From assembly GCA_049860595.1 (NCBI GenBank), contig CP187551.1: a stretch of 64,000 nt of DNA; one strand, given 5' to 3'. This document shows, in pieces, positions 11,710 through 21,490 of the stretch. Source of the DNA: Methanocaldococcus sp. 16A. GTDB taxonomy: Archaea; AGJL01; Methanococci; Methanococcales; Methanocaldococcaceae. Position 1 is the first letter of the stretch, and each line of letters opens with the position of its first letter. The position numbers were made by a program, and so were the translations under genes. A model generated the notes under the pieces. The model was not told where the DNA came from and did not search any database. It was given only the letters and a program-made list of their open reading frames with translations.

Positions 11710-14700
11710 ATTTCCATACCGAAACGGTCTGATTTTAATTAACACACAAACATTCTTCACCATTGCGGCATTAGTATTTCCATACCGTATCGGTCTGATT
11801 TTAATAATTAAATATTGCCATCAAATATATTGTTATGACCATAAACAGGTTTCCATACCGTATCGGTCTGATTTTAATTGATTAATAGATTACAAAAACA
11901 GTATTTTAAGAATGTTTCCATACCGTATCGGTCTGATTTTAATGAAAATTCTGCAGAATTATAATTCTCTAAAAAAGCTTTTATGTTTCCATACCGTATC
12001 GGTCTGATTTTAATAAAGTAAATATTCCCATTTTTTATTCCCACTATCTTGTTTCCATACCGTATCGGTCTGATTTTAATTGACTGGGATAGTATATATA
12101 AATTACTCACTGAAAAGTTTCCATACCGTATCGGTCTGATTTTAATTTTATATTCCAGCTAAAAAAGCTGTATTCTATGCAGTGTTTCCATACCGTATCG
12201 GTCTGATTTTAATGAACTAAAATTATATTTATTTTTGAAACATTGTAGGTTTCCATACCGTATCGGTCTGATTTTAATCTTTTAGCAAAAAAATATGGCT
12301 TAATTTAAGATGGGTTTCCATACCGTATCGGTCTGATTTTAATCTTTTAGCAAAAAAATATGGCTTAATTTAAGATGGGTTTCCATACCGTATCGGTCTG
12401 ATTTTAATTTGCAAACCATTGCAAATTTAAAAAACAAATAAAATAAGTTTCCATACCGTATCGGTCTGATTTTAATATTCTATCAATACACAAATAGAAT
12501 TCTGCATAACTATTGTTTCCATACCGTATCGGTCTGATTTTAATAGTGTTAAATCCATATTCTCTTTCACAATATTTCCTAAGTTTCCATACCGTATCGG
12601 TCTGATTTTAATATTCTATCAATACACAAATAGAATTCTGCATAACTATTGTTTCCATACCGTATCGGTCTGATTTTAATATTCTATCAATACACAAATA
12701 GAATTCTGCATAACTATTGTTTCCATACCGTATCGGTCTGATTTTAATATTCTATCAATACACAAATAGAATTCTGCATAACTATTGTTTCCATACCGTA
12801 TCGGTCTGATTTTAATTTCGGATATTCTTGAAGCGTTGGGAGCTTGCGTTATAGTTTCCATACCGTATCGGTCTGATTTTAATTTATGTTATACATGGTC
12901 AATGCAGCTAAAGAAGCAGCGTTTCCATACCGTATCGGTCTGATTTTAATATAAACGACACGAACGTTACATTAATCTACGCATTGTTTCCATACCGTAT
13001 CGGTCTGATTTTAATTGTACAATTCTGTGTTTTTCTTACACAATGAGATAACGTTTCCATACCGTATCGGTCTGATTTTAATAATTACTAAATAGATTAA
13101 AAATGAAATGTTTATTAGTGTTTCCATACCGTATCGGTCTGATTTTAATAATATGTTGAGAGATATCTATAGATATTGTGAGATAAGTTTCCATACCGTA
13201 TCGGTCTGATTTTAATTCCAATAGACGACAACGACAAGAAAAACCAAGTATAGTTTCCATACCGTATCGGTCTGATTTTAATATAGAAAATTATTCAATT
13301 GCTGACCAAAAAGCAACCATCGTTTCCATACCGTATCGGTCTGATTTTAATCAAAAAGTTTTGATGAGTTAAAAAAATCATTTGAACGTTTCCATACCGT
13401 ATCGGTCTGATTTTAATGATGAAAAAGGAAATTTCTTAAAAACTTCTGGAAAAATCAGTTTCCATACCGTATCGGTCTGATTTTAATGAGCTAATCCAAT
13501 TATATGCATAATCCCCCCAAAGGTTTCCATACCGTATCGGTCTGATTTTAATTCATATATTTTTATATTTTAAATTACTCATCATATATGTTTCCATACC
13601 GTATCGGTCTGATTTTAATTAAAAAGTGTAGGTGTCCCTAATACAGCTGCAGAAGTTATAGGGTTTCCATACCGTATCGGTCTGATTTTAATCTATAGAT
13701 TCGTAGATGAAGGACCAGTAGGATATATAGAAGTTTCCATACCGTATCGGTCTGATTTTAATTGAAAAGAAGATGGAGAGAAATTTATGGTGATTAATTA
13801 GTTTCCATACCGTATCGGTCTGATTTTAATGAAATCTCCAATGCCCATAGATAGAAAATCTATGTTTCCATACCGTATCGGTCTGATTTTAATTAAAGGA
13901 GCTAATGGCAAAAAGTGGCTAATATACAAAAATGAGTTTCCATACCGTATCGGTCTGATTTTAATGGACATAGAGGGTAATGACATCATCATCAAGTGTA
14001 GTGTTTCCATACCGTATCGGTCTGATTTTAATTGGTTGCTGTATTACGATTCACAATGCTTTGAGATTTTGTTTCCATACCGTATCGGTCTGATTTTAAT
14101 AATAGCGCCCAATTCTCCCGCCCAATCCATCCCAAAATCGTTTCCATACCGTATCGGTCTGATTTTAATTAATTTTTATAGGACCGTAGCAATGATTCTT
14201 TTTTTGTGGTTTCCATACCGTATCGGTCTGATTTTAATTCTTGATAATATACTTATTATGCTCATCTTCAAACTCATAGTTTCCATACCGTATCGGTCTG
14301 ATTTTAATATTTTGAAATTCAGGTATTACAGTGTAAAGTATGTAGTTTCCATACCGTATCGGTCTGATTTTAATTTAAGAATAGCATTTTCAATCTTCTT
14401 TTTTTCTTCGTTTCCATACCGTATCGGTCTGATTTTAATATTCTTAGAAGAGTTTAAAAGAGATGGAGTAAAATATGTTGTTTCCATACCGTATCGGTCT
14501 GATTTTAATAATATTATCAGGGCATGGATGGGTATGTAATAGAATGTGTTTCCATACCGTATCGGTCTGATTTTAATCCTTACAGCATTTCCAGAGATAA
14601 TTGGAACATCTACGTTTCCATACCGTATCGGTCTGATTTTAATTGTGATTTTTACAGCAGAATGTAAAATGCAATTTCAGTTTCCATACCGTATCGGTCT

Positions 14701-14770
14701 GATTTTAATTAATTATCTTAAATAGCAATGTCAATAAATAGTTTCCATACCGTATCGGTCTGATTTTAAT
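11710..14770 (-). CRISPR. CRISPR array, 46 repeats and 45 spacers by manual count; 30-nt repeat ATTAAAATCAGACCGATACGGTATGGAAAC (minus strand)
   Basis: Exact repeats separated by 31-43 nt spacers; degenerate repeats at 11710 and 11776 mark the trailer; repeat ends in GAAAC on the minus strand. Confidence 0.98.
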
Positions 14771-15200
14771 AGGTAGCATTTTTTGAATTAATTGAAATTA
14801 AGCATTATAAAATCTTTATTTTATAGGCGATATATTACAACCCTCTAATTACTTGGTTCTTTTATATATCTAAACTAATATATAAATTTTTTGGTTTAAT
14901 AAAAATCAATCCAACAAAAGATTTTTAACTAAAAAATCAAATTATTTATTGGAGAAATTTTAATCTAAAAGTAATTATCTAAAATCTATTAAAAATCTTA
15001 ATAATTTAATGTATCCAAATAAATAAAATATTCAAAATAAGCTACTCCTAAAAACTATATAAAAACACTTAAATCCGAAAAATAAGTTTTTAAAAAGATT
15101 TAAATTAAAAATAAAAAACTTTCAGCGTGATAAATATCACTTAAATATTTAAGTTATTAAATTGAATATCATCAAACTATAAAAATCATAATGGTAAAAC
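14771..15200 (-). promoter_or_regulatory. CRISPR leader with BRE/TATA (AACCAAAAAATTTATATA on the minus strand, ~14880-14897)
   Basis: AT-rich non-coding region next to the last perfect repeat; motif resembles the tRNA promoters in this window; distal boundary approximate. Confidence 0.75.
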
Positions 15201-15208
15201 TGAAAACT

Positions 15209-15321
15209 TATAGTTGTGAGCAAAAGTATATAAGTTGAATAAGGAACTAAAGAATACCTTCCAAAAGGAAGGTATTCATATTTTCCTTTTTAAAGTTTAT
15301 TTTATTTTGCTCACAACTATA
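15209..15321. repeat. Family B nested palindromic element
   Basis: Perfect 17-bp arms TATAGTTGTGAGCAAAA/TTTTGCTCACAACTATA; inner hairpin GAATACCTTCC-AAAA-GGAAGGTATTC. Confidence 0.9.
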
Positions 15322-15341
15322 ATAACAATCATGGTGAAAAA

Positions 15342-16688
15342 ATGGCAGTACATCCAATTGATTATAGATATGGAACTCCAGAAATGAGAAGAGTTTGGGA
15401 AGAAGAAAACAAATTAGAAAAAATGTTAAAAGTTGAAGCAGCATTAGCTAAAGCTCAGGCAGAACTCGGTTTAATCCCAAAAGAAGCTGCTGAAGAAATA
15501 AATAGAAAAGCATCAACCAAATATGTAAAATTAGAAAGAGTTAAAGAAATTGAAAAACAGACAAGGCATGATATTGTTGCAATGATTAGGGCTTTAGCTG
15601 AGGTTTGTGAAGGAAATGCTGGGGAATATATACATTTTGGAGCTACATCAAACGATATTGTTGATACAGCCAATTCTTTACTATTAAAAGAATCAATTGA
15701 AATTATAGAAAAAAAATTAAAGCAGTTGAGAGATATTTTATTAGATAAAGCAGAAGAACATAAATACACTGTCTGCGTTGGTAGAACTCATGGACAGCAT
15801 GCAATTCCTACAACTTATGGAATGAGATTTGCTTTATGGGCTGCTGAGATTGACAGACACTTAGAGAGGTTAAAAGAAGCTAAAAAAAGAATATGCGTTT
15901 CTATGATTACTGGAGCTGTTGGAACTATGGCTGCTATGGGAGAGAAAGGTTTAGAAGTGCATAAAAGAGTCGCTGAAATTTTAGGCTTAGAGCCAGTTTT
16001 AATCTCAAATCAGGTTATTCAAAGAGATAGACATGCTGAATTTGTATTTCTATTAGCTTTAATTGCTCAGACATTAAATAAAATTGGAGTTACTGTTAGA
16101 AACATGCAGAGAACAGAGATTGGAGAGTTAGAAGAAGAGTTCGACCCAACAAAGCAGACAGGTTCATCAACAATGCCTCATAAGAGAAACCCAATAACAT
16201 TTGAACAAATTTGTGGTTTATCAAGGGTTATAAAATCTTTATGCATTGCTGAGATGGACAATATTCCTTTATGGGAAGAGAGAGATTTAACAAACTCATC
16301 TGCTGAAAGATGTATATTTGCTGAAGTTTGCGTTTTAACAGACCATATTTTAACTTTAGCAATTAAAGGAATTAAAAAATTAAGAGTTAATATTGAAAAT
16401 GTTGAAAGAAACTTAGAATTAACAAAAGGTCTTATAATGGCTGAGAGAATAATGATTGAGTTAGCTAAAAGAGGTATGGGTAGGCAAACAGCCCATGAAA
16501 TAGTAAGAAGATGTGCAATGAAAGCTTATGAAGAAAAGAGGCATTTAAAAGATGTTTTATTAGAGGATGAGGAAGTAATGAAGTATTTAACAAAAGAAGA
16601 GTTGGATGAGTTGATGAATCCAAAAACATATATTGGCTTAGCACCAAAAATCGTAGATAATGTTATAAAAACTTTAAAAAATAAATAA
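15342..16688 (+). CDS. purB: Adenylosuccinate lyase
   Basis: HFGATSND, GRTHGQHA, GSSTMPHKRNP. Confidence 0.97.
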   Translation: MAVHPIDYRYGTPEMRRVWEEENKLEKMLKVEAALAKAQAELGLIPKEAAEEINRKASTKYVKLERVKEIEKQTRHDIVAMIRALAEVCEGNAGEYIHFGATSNDIVDTANSLLLKESIEIIEKKLKQLRDILLDKAEEHKYTVCVGRTHGQHAIPTTYGMRFALWAAEIDRHLERLKEAKKRICVSMITGAVGTMAAMGEKGLEVHKRVAEILGLEPVLISNQVIQRDRHAEFVFLLALIAQTLNKIGVTVRNMQRTEIGELEEEFDPTKQTGSSTMPHKRNPITFEQICGLSRVIKSLCIAEMDNIPLWEERDLTNSSAERCIFAEVCVLTDHILTLAIKGIKKLRVNIENVERNLELTKGLIMAERIMIELAKRGMGRQTAHEIVRRCAMKAYEEKRHLKDVLLEDEEVMKYLTKEELDELMNPKTYIGLAPKIVDNVIKTLKNK

Positions 16689-16712
16689 TAAAATCAAAGC
16701 AAGCATTAATTT

Positions 16713-16772
16713 ACACCTCTGAGCATAAGCGAAGAGGTGTTATCTTTGATGAACCTTTATTAAAGGTTCATC
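16713..16772. repeat. Double hairpin element (possible third family)
   Basis: ACACCTC-n14-GAGGTGT and GATGAACCTTT-ATT-AAAGGTTCATC. Confidence 0.6.
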
Positions 16773-16846
16773 CAAAGACATATATTGGTTTAGCTCCAGA
16801 ATTTGTGGATGAGGTTATAAAAACATTAAGAAATAAGAATTACTAA
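16772..16846 (+). pseudogene. Orphan diverged duplicate of the purB 3' end
   Basis: Translates PKTYIGLAPEFVDEVIKTLRNKNY* vs the purB end PKTYIGLAPKIVDNVIKTLKNK*. Confidence 0.85.
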
Positions 16847-16910
16847 AAGATTAATGAATTATTCTATTTTTCTATTTTTAATTTCTATATTTTTAATTTT
16901 GGTGATTTTT

Positions 16911-17552
16911 ATGGATTTTATGGGAGCAATATCAAAAGATGGGCTAGATATAGCAAATAAATCAAGGGAAATTGTTAGAAATAAAATAAAAGAAGTTTTA
17001 GGAGATAAAATAAATGAATTCAGTGGAAAAGAACTGGGGATTATTGAAAGAGTAGTTCATGCTACTGCTGATGAAGAATATGCCAAACTTTTAGTATTTA
17101 AAAATAACCCAATAGAAAATGGGATTGAAGCAATAAAAGATAGAAAACCTATAATTGTTGATGTAAATATGATTAAAGCAGGAATTAGATATGATAAAAT
17201 TCATTGTTTTATAAATCATCCTAATGTTTATGAAATTGCTAAAAAAGAAGGGATAACAAGGGCTGTAGCTTCGATGAGATTAGCTAAGGATTTAATAGAT
17301 GATGGAGTTGTAGTTATTGGAAACTCTCCAACTGCATTATTTGAGGTTATAAGATTAGTTAAAGAAGAAGGAATAAAACCAAAATTAGTTGTTGGTGTTC
17401 CAGTAGGATTTGTTCAGGCATCAGAATCAAAAGAAGCTCTTAGAGAGTTAAATATTCCAAATATATCAACTATAGGACCTAAAGGGGGAACGCCTGTAGC
17501 TGTTGCTATAATTAATGGAATCATTGCCTATGCAAAAGATGAAAGAGCTTAA
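16911..17552 (+). CDS. cbiC: Cobalt-precorrin-8 methylmutase CbiC/CobH
   Basis: RVVHATAD, GITRA, IGNSPTAL, GVPVGFV, KGGTPVA; start after GGTGA. Confidence 0.93.
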   Translation: MDFMGAISKDGLDIANKSREIVRNKIKEVLGDKINEFSGKELGIIERVVHATADEEYAKLLVFKNNPIENGIEAIKDRKPIIVDVNMIKAGIRYDKIHCFINHPNVYEIAKKEGITRAVASMRLAKDLIDDGVVVIGNSPTALFEVIRLVKEEGIKPKLVVGVPVGFVQASESKEALRELNIPNISTIGPKGGTPVAVAIINGIIAYAKDERA

Positions 17553-17561
17553 GGTGAAATT

Positions 17562-18683
17562 ATGGAAATATTAGTTAGATATGGAGAAATTGGTTTAAAA
17601 TCAGACCCAATTAGAAAAAACTTAGAAGAAATCTTAAGAAAAAATATTATAAAATTGCTTAGAAAGTATGAAATTGACTGTGATGTCAAAATTTTACATA
17701 GAAGATTGTTAGTTAAAGTAAATACAAAAGATAAAGAGGAATTAGCACTAAAATTATTAAAAAAAGTTGCTGGGATTGTTTCTTATAGTCCAGTTTATGA
17801 ATGTCTATTGGATATCAACGAAATTGTACGTTTTGCAGTTCAGATAATAAAAAAGAAGATAAAAACTCTAAATAAAGAAAATGTAACCTTTGCAGTTAAA
17901 ACAAAAAGAAGTTATAAAAAATTCCCATTTACATCAGTTGAAGTAAATAAAAAAGTTGGTGAGGCAATAGTAGAAAAACTTGGATTAGAGGTTGATTTGG
18001 AAAATCCAGATATTGTTTTAGGAATAGAGATTCTAAATGATAGAGCCTACATATTTACAGAAAAATATGATGGCATTGGAGGACTACCAGCAGGTAGCCA
18101 AGGAAAAGTTCTTTGCTTAATATCTGATGGAATAGACAGCCCTGTAGCGGCATATATGATGATTAGAAGGGGTTGTAGAGCTGTTTTGTTACACTTAAAG
18201 ATGAGTGAAGAGGCGTTAAATAAAGTTAGAAAAATAGTAGAGGTTTTAAGTGATTACGATACTGAGTTAGAATTTGTTGTCTATGATTACTCAAAAGATA
18301 TAGAGGATATTGTAGAAAAACTTAAGAGCATTAAAAGAGAGAATTATACCTGCATATTCTGTAAGAGAAAAATGCTAAAAATAGCTGAAAAGTATGCAAA
18401 ATATTTAGATTGTGATGCTATTGTTACTGGAGATAATTTAGGACAAGTAGCCTCTCAAACATTAAAGAACTTGAGAGTTATAAGCGAGGATATAAAATAT
18501 CCAATCCTAAGACCTTTAATTGGTTTGGATAAAAATGATATTATAAATATAGCTAAAGAAATTGGAACTTATGAAATATCTACTGAAAAAGAAATAAAGT
18601 GCCCATATCTTCCAAAATATCCAAAAACTATCGCTAAACCAGAAGATATCAAAAAAATAAAGGAAAAAGTTAAACTTGCATAG
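17562..18683 (+). CDS. thiI: tRNA 4-thiouridine synthase ThiI
   Basis: RYGEIGLK, THUMP domain, PP-loop SDGIDS, GDNLGQVASQT, CxxC. Confidence 0.93.
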   Translation: MEILVRYGEIGLKSDPIRKNLEEILRKNIIKLLRKYEIDCDVKILHRRLLVKVNTKDKEELALKLLKKVAGIVSYSPVYECLLDINEIVRFAVQIIKKKIKTLNKENVTFAVKTKRSYKKFPFTSVEVNKKVGEAIVEKLGLEVDLENPDIVLGIEILNDRAYIFTEKYDGIGGLPAGSQGKVLCLISDGIDSPVAAYMMIRRGCRAVLLHLKMSEEALNKVRKIVEVLSDYDTELEFVVYDYSKDIEDIVEKLKSIKRENYTCIFCKRKMLKIAEKYAKYLDCDAIVTGDNLGQVASQTLKNLRVISEDIKYPILRPLIGLDKNDIINIAKEIGTYEISTEKEIKCPYLPKYPKTIAKPEDIKKIKEKVKLA

Positions 18684-18837
18684 AGGTAGTTGCCCATTAA
18701 ATTTTATAAAAATTTTTATTTTTCACATAAAGTTCTATTCTATTAGTTAAACTATCATAAATCCAAAATCTAAACCGAAAATTTTAAATACCATATATTT
18801 TTAATAAAAATCCTTGTAAAATTTCTGAGGTGGTATT

Positions 18838-19041
18838 ATGGCTGAGCTTCCAGTTGCACCATTTGAAAGAATCTTGAAAAAAGCTGGAGCAGAGAGAGTT
18901 AGCAGAGCAGCTGCAGAATACTTAGCAGAAGCAGTTGAAGAAATCGCATTAGAAATTGCTAAGGAAGCTGTTGAGTTAGCTAAACATGCTAAAAGAAAAA
19001 CTGTAAAAGTTGAAGACATAAAGTTAGCTTTAAAGCAGTAA
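18838..19041 (+). CDS. Archaeal histone (HMf family)
   Basis: [10 protein letters not shown]...RVS...[12 protein letters not shown]; promoter-like ACCGAAAATTTTAAATA upstream. Confidence 0.96.
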   Translation: MAELPVAPFERILKKAGAERVSRAAAEYLAEAVEEIALEIAKEAVELAKHAKRKTVKVEDIKLALKQ

Positions 19042-19161
19042 ATTGCTAAACCTCTAATTTTTTATTCTTTTGTTTATTTTATGCAAAAAAGATTATTTTA
19101 AATTGGTTTTAATTTAGTTTTAGGTTTTTATTGTTATTTTAGATAGATTGCTACAAATATC

Positions 19162-19257
19162 TATAGGACTCTCGCAGAAATAAATTTTTTATTGAACATG
19201 GACACCTTTAAGGTGTCTAAATTCCAAATTAATATGTAAAGCTGTGAAAGTCCTATA
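19162..19257. repeat. Family A element directly upstream of tRNA-Arg
   Basis: TATAGGACTCTCGCAG...GACACCTT-T-AAGGTGTC...CTGTGAAAGTCCTATA. Confidence 0.85.
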
Positions 19258-19262
19258 TATGT

Positions 19263-19337
19263 GCCCCCGTAGCTCAGCCAGGATAGAGCGTTCGGCTTCG
19301 GACCGAAAGGTCGGGGGTTCAAATCCCCCCGGGGGCG
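19263..19337 (+). tRNA. tRNA-Arg(TCG)
   Basis: Cloverleaf; anticodon arm TTCGG-CT TCG GA-CCGAA; GGTTCAAATCC; CCA not encoded. Confidence 0.93.
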
Positions 19338-19362
19338 TCAGAATTAATTAAAAGTTGAGACT

Positions 19363-20064
19363 ATGGAATCTCTAATTAGATTATTTGTTTCTATCTTAGT
19401 TGTATGTATTTTAGCATTAATAATTAAGAAAAGCAAATGTTTAGACAATACTGGGATTGTTGGTTCATCAATTATGGGTTTTATATTGCTTTATTTCTGT
19501 GGATTTAAATATTTGATATTGCTTTTATCTTTTTTTATATTAGGTGTTTTAGTGAGTAGAGTAGGATTAGAAAAAAAGAAGGCTAAAAAGATAGCTGAAA
19601 CCTGTAGAAGTTTAAGAAATGTATTAGCCAATGGTCTAATTCCAGTATTATTTGCTATTTTAACAATATTTGGGTTTAATTGGGCGTTAATTGGATATAT
19701 ATCATCAATAGCTGCTGCCACATCAGATACTTTTTCTTCAGAGTTAGGAATCTTATCAGATGAAAAGCCGAGATTAATAACTACCTTTGAAGTTGTTGAA
19801 AAAGGGACTGATGGGGCAATAACAATATTTGGCACATTAGCTGGAGTTTTGGGAGCGTTTTTAATTGGATTAATTGGGTATATATTATTTGAAGATTTTA
19901 AAATTATCATATGTGGTACTATTGGAGGAATCTTAGGAAACTTAGCAGATAGTTTAGTTGGAGCACTGTTTGAAAGAAGAGGAATTTTAAATAATGAGCA
20001 TGTTAATCTAATAGCTACTATTGTTGGAGGAGTTATTGGAGTATTTATTCACTATATATTATAA
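19363..20064 (+). CDS. DUF92 family membrane protein
   Basis: NVLANG, SDTFSSELG, GTDGAIT, DSLVGA; multiple TM segments. Confidence 0.85.
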   Translation: MESLIRLFVSILVVCILALIIKKSKCLDNTGIVGSSIMGFILLYFCGFKYLILLLSFFILGVLVSRVGLEKKKAKKIAETCRSLRNVLANGLIPVLFAILTIFGFNWALIGYISSIAAATSDTFSSELGILSDEKPRLITTFEVVEKGTDGAITIFGTLAGVLGAFLIGLIGYILFEDFKIIICGTIGGILGNLADSLVGALFERRGILNNEHVNLIATIVGGVIGVFIHYIL

Positions 20065-20101
20065 AACTATCAACATTATCCAAATAAATAAATAGTTGGA
20101 T

Positions 20102-20119
20102 AACCGAAAAGTTTATATA
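20102..20119 (+). promoter_or_regulatory. BRE-TATA promoter of the tRNA operon
   Basis: AACCGAAAAGTTTATATA; similar motifs at ~20425 (+) and ~37172-37188 (-). Confidence 0.8.
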
Positions 20120-20151
20120 TCACTTCCTTTATTTACTAATACTGCAAACGC

Positions 20152-20228
20152 GCCTCGGTGGCTCAGCCTGGTAGAGCGCCTGACTTGTAATCAGGTGGTC
20201 GGGGGTTCAAATCCCCCCCGGGGCTCCA
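20152..20228 (+). tRNA. tRNA-Thr(TGT)
   Basis: CCTGA-CT TGT AA-TCAGG; encoded CCA. Confidence 0.95.
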
Positions 20229-20243
20229 TTCATTCCTTTGAGT

Positions 20244-20321
20244 GGGCCTGTGGGGTAGCCTGGTCTATCCTTTGGGATTTGGGATCCTGAGACCCCAGTT
20301 CAAATCTGGGCAGGCCCACCA
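20244..20321 (+). tRNA. tRNA-Pro(TGG)
   Basis: Anticodon loop TT TGG GA; encoded CCA. Confidence 0.93.
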
Positions 20322-20328
20322 CTTGTGT

Positions 20329-20405
20329 CCGGCGGTAGTTCAGCCTGGTAGAACGGCGGACTGTAGATCCGCATGTCGCTGGTTCAAATCCGGCCCGCCG
20401 GACCA
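20329..20405 (+). tRNA. tRNA-Tyr(GTA)
   Basis: GCGGA-CT GTA GA-TCCGC; C1-G72 pair; encoded CCA. Confidence 0.96.
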
Positions 20406-20485
20406 TCTCCCACTTATCGGGAGAACCGAAAAGTATATATATGAGAAACGCGATATGTTTGAAACGCACACGAGCTAAGGGCTGA

Positions 20486-20562
<77 letters not shown>

Positions 20563-20572
20563 CTATTTCTCT

Positions 20573-20692
20573 TGGTACGGCGGTCATAGCGGGGGGGCCA
20601 CACCCGAACCCATCCCGAACTCGGAAGTTAAGCCCCCCAGCGATGCCCCGAGTACTGCCATCTGGCGGGAAAGGGGCGACGCCGCCGGCCAC
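20573..20692 (+). rRNA. rrf: 5S rRNA
   Basis: GGTCATAGCG...CCCGAACCCATCCCGAACTCGGAAGTTAAG...GAGTACTG; complementary ends. Confidence 0.95.
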
Positions 20693-20736
20693 TTTTTATT
20701 GTTTTAAATTCTCAAGGTTGTCCTTGGCATTACTAT

Positions 20737-20814
20737 GCCCTGGTGGTGTAGCCCGGCCTATCATACGGGACTGTCACTCCCGTGACTCGGGTTCAAATCC
20801 CGGCCAGGGCGCCA
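20737..20814 (+). tRNA. tRNA-Asp(GTC)
   Basis: CGGGA-CT GTC AC-TCCCG; encoded CCA. Confidence 0.95.
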
Positions 20815-20869
20815 ATTTTTATTTTAGAATAATTAATCGATAAATTTAAATATTTTAAAAATATTTTAA

Positions 20870-21490
20870 GTGAGGTTTATGGAAGAAGAATTTTACAAAA
20901 TTTTTAAAGGGGCAGGATTAATAAAAGCATTGATAAGAAGTATTTTTTTAACAAATAGGAATAAGTTTTCAAAACCTTCAAAAACTAAACCCATACAATT
21001 AATTGAATGTATAGGTTGTGGTCTTTGTGTAGATGTATGTCCAACAAATGCGATAAAGATATTTAACTTTAGAGAAATTATATGCTCTACCTGTAGAACT
21101 TGCTTAGAGGTTTGCCCAAACAATGCAATAATAAAGGATAGATTCACCATAGATACTGACAAATGCACAAAATGTGGAATCTGTGTGTTATTTTGTCCAA
21201 TTCCTATAATAAAAAGAGAAATACCTAAACCTAAAACACCTGTTATCTTAAAAGATAGATGCAACAGTTGTGGTTTATGTGAATGCGAAGCTATTGATAT
21301 AATAAATAAAGAAATAAACCCAGAAAAATGCAAGCTCTGCTTAAAATGTATTGAAAAATGCCCACTACAAGCTATTTTAACACCTGATGAATACATAAAC
21401 TCTCTAATTGTTAAAGTAGATATAGATAGTTGTATATTTTGTAGAGAATGTGAAGAAGTCTGTCCTATAAGGGGAAAATATGAGTATTAA
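20870..21490 (+). CDS. Polyferredoxin
   Basis: Multiple CxxCxxCxxxCP motifs. Confidence 0.9.
   Translation: MRFMEEEFYKIFKGAGLIKALIRSIFLTNRNKFSKPSKTKPIQLIECIGCGLCVDVCPTNAIKIFNFREIICSTCRTCLEVCPNNAIIKDRFTIDTDKCTKCGICVLFCPIPIIKREIPKPKTPVILKDRCNSCGLCECEAIDIINKEINPEKCKLCLKCIEKCPLQAILTPDEYINSLIVKVDIDSCIFCRECEEVCPIRGKYEY

Noticed and set aside
13829-14539. 236-aa ORF with repeated FPYRIGLIL, and other short ORFs in 11874-14010
   Set aside because: Translations of CRISPR repeats and spacers
11740-14740. Self-targeting spacers
   Set aside because: No match to this window found by eye; the rest of the genome cannot be checked
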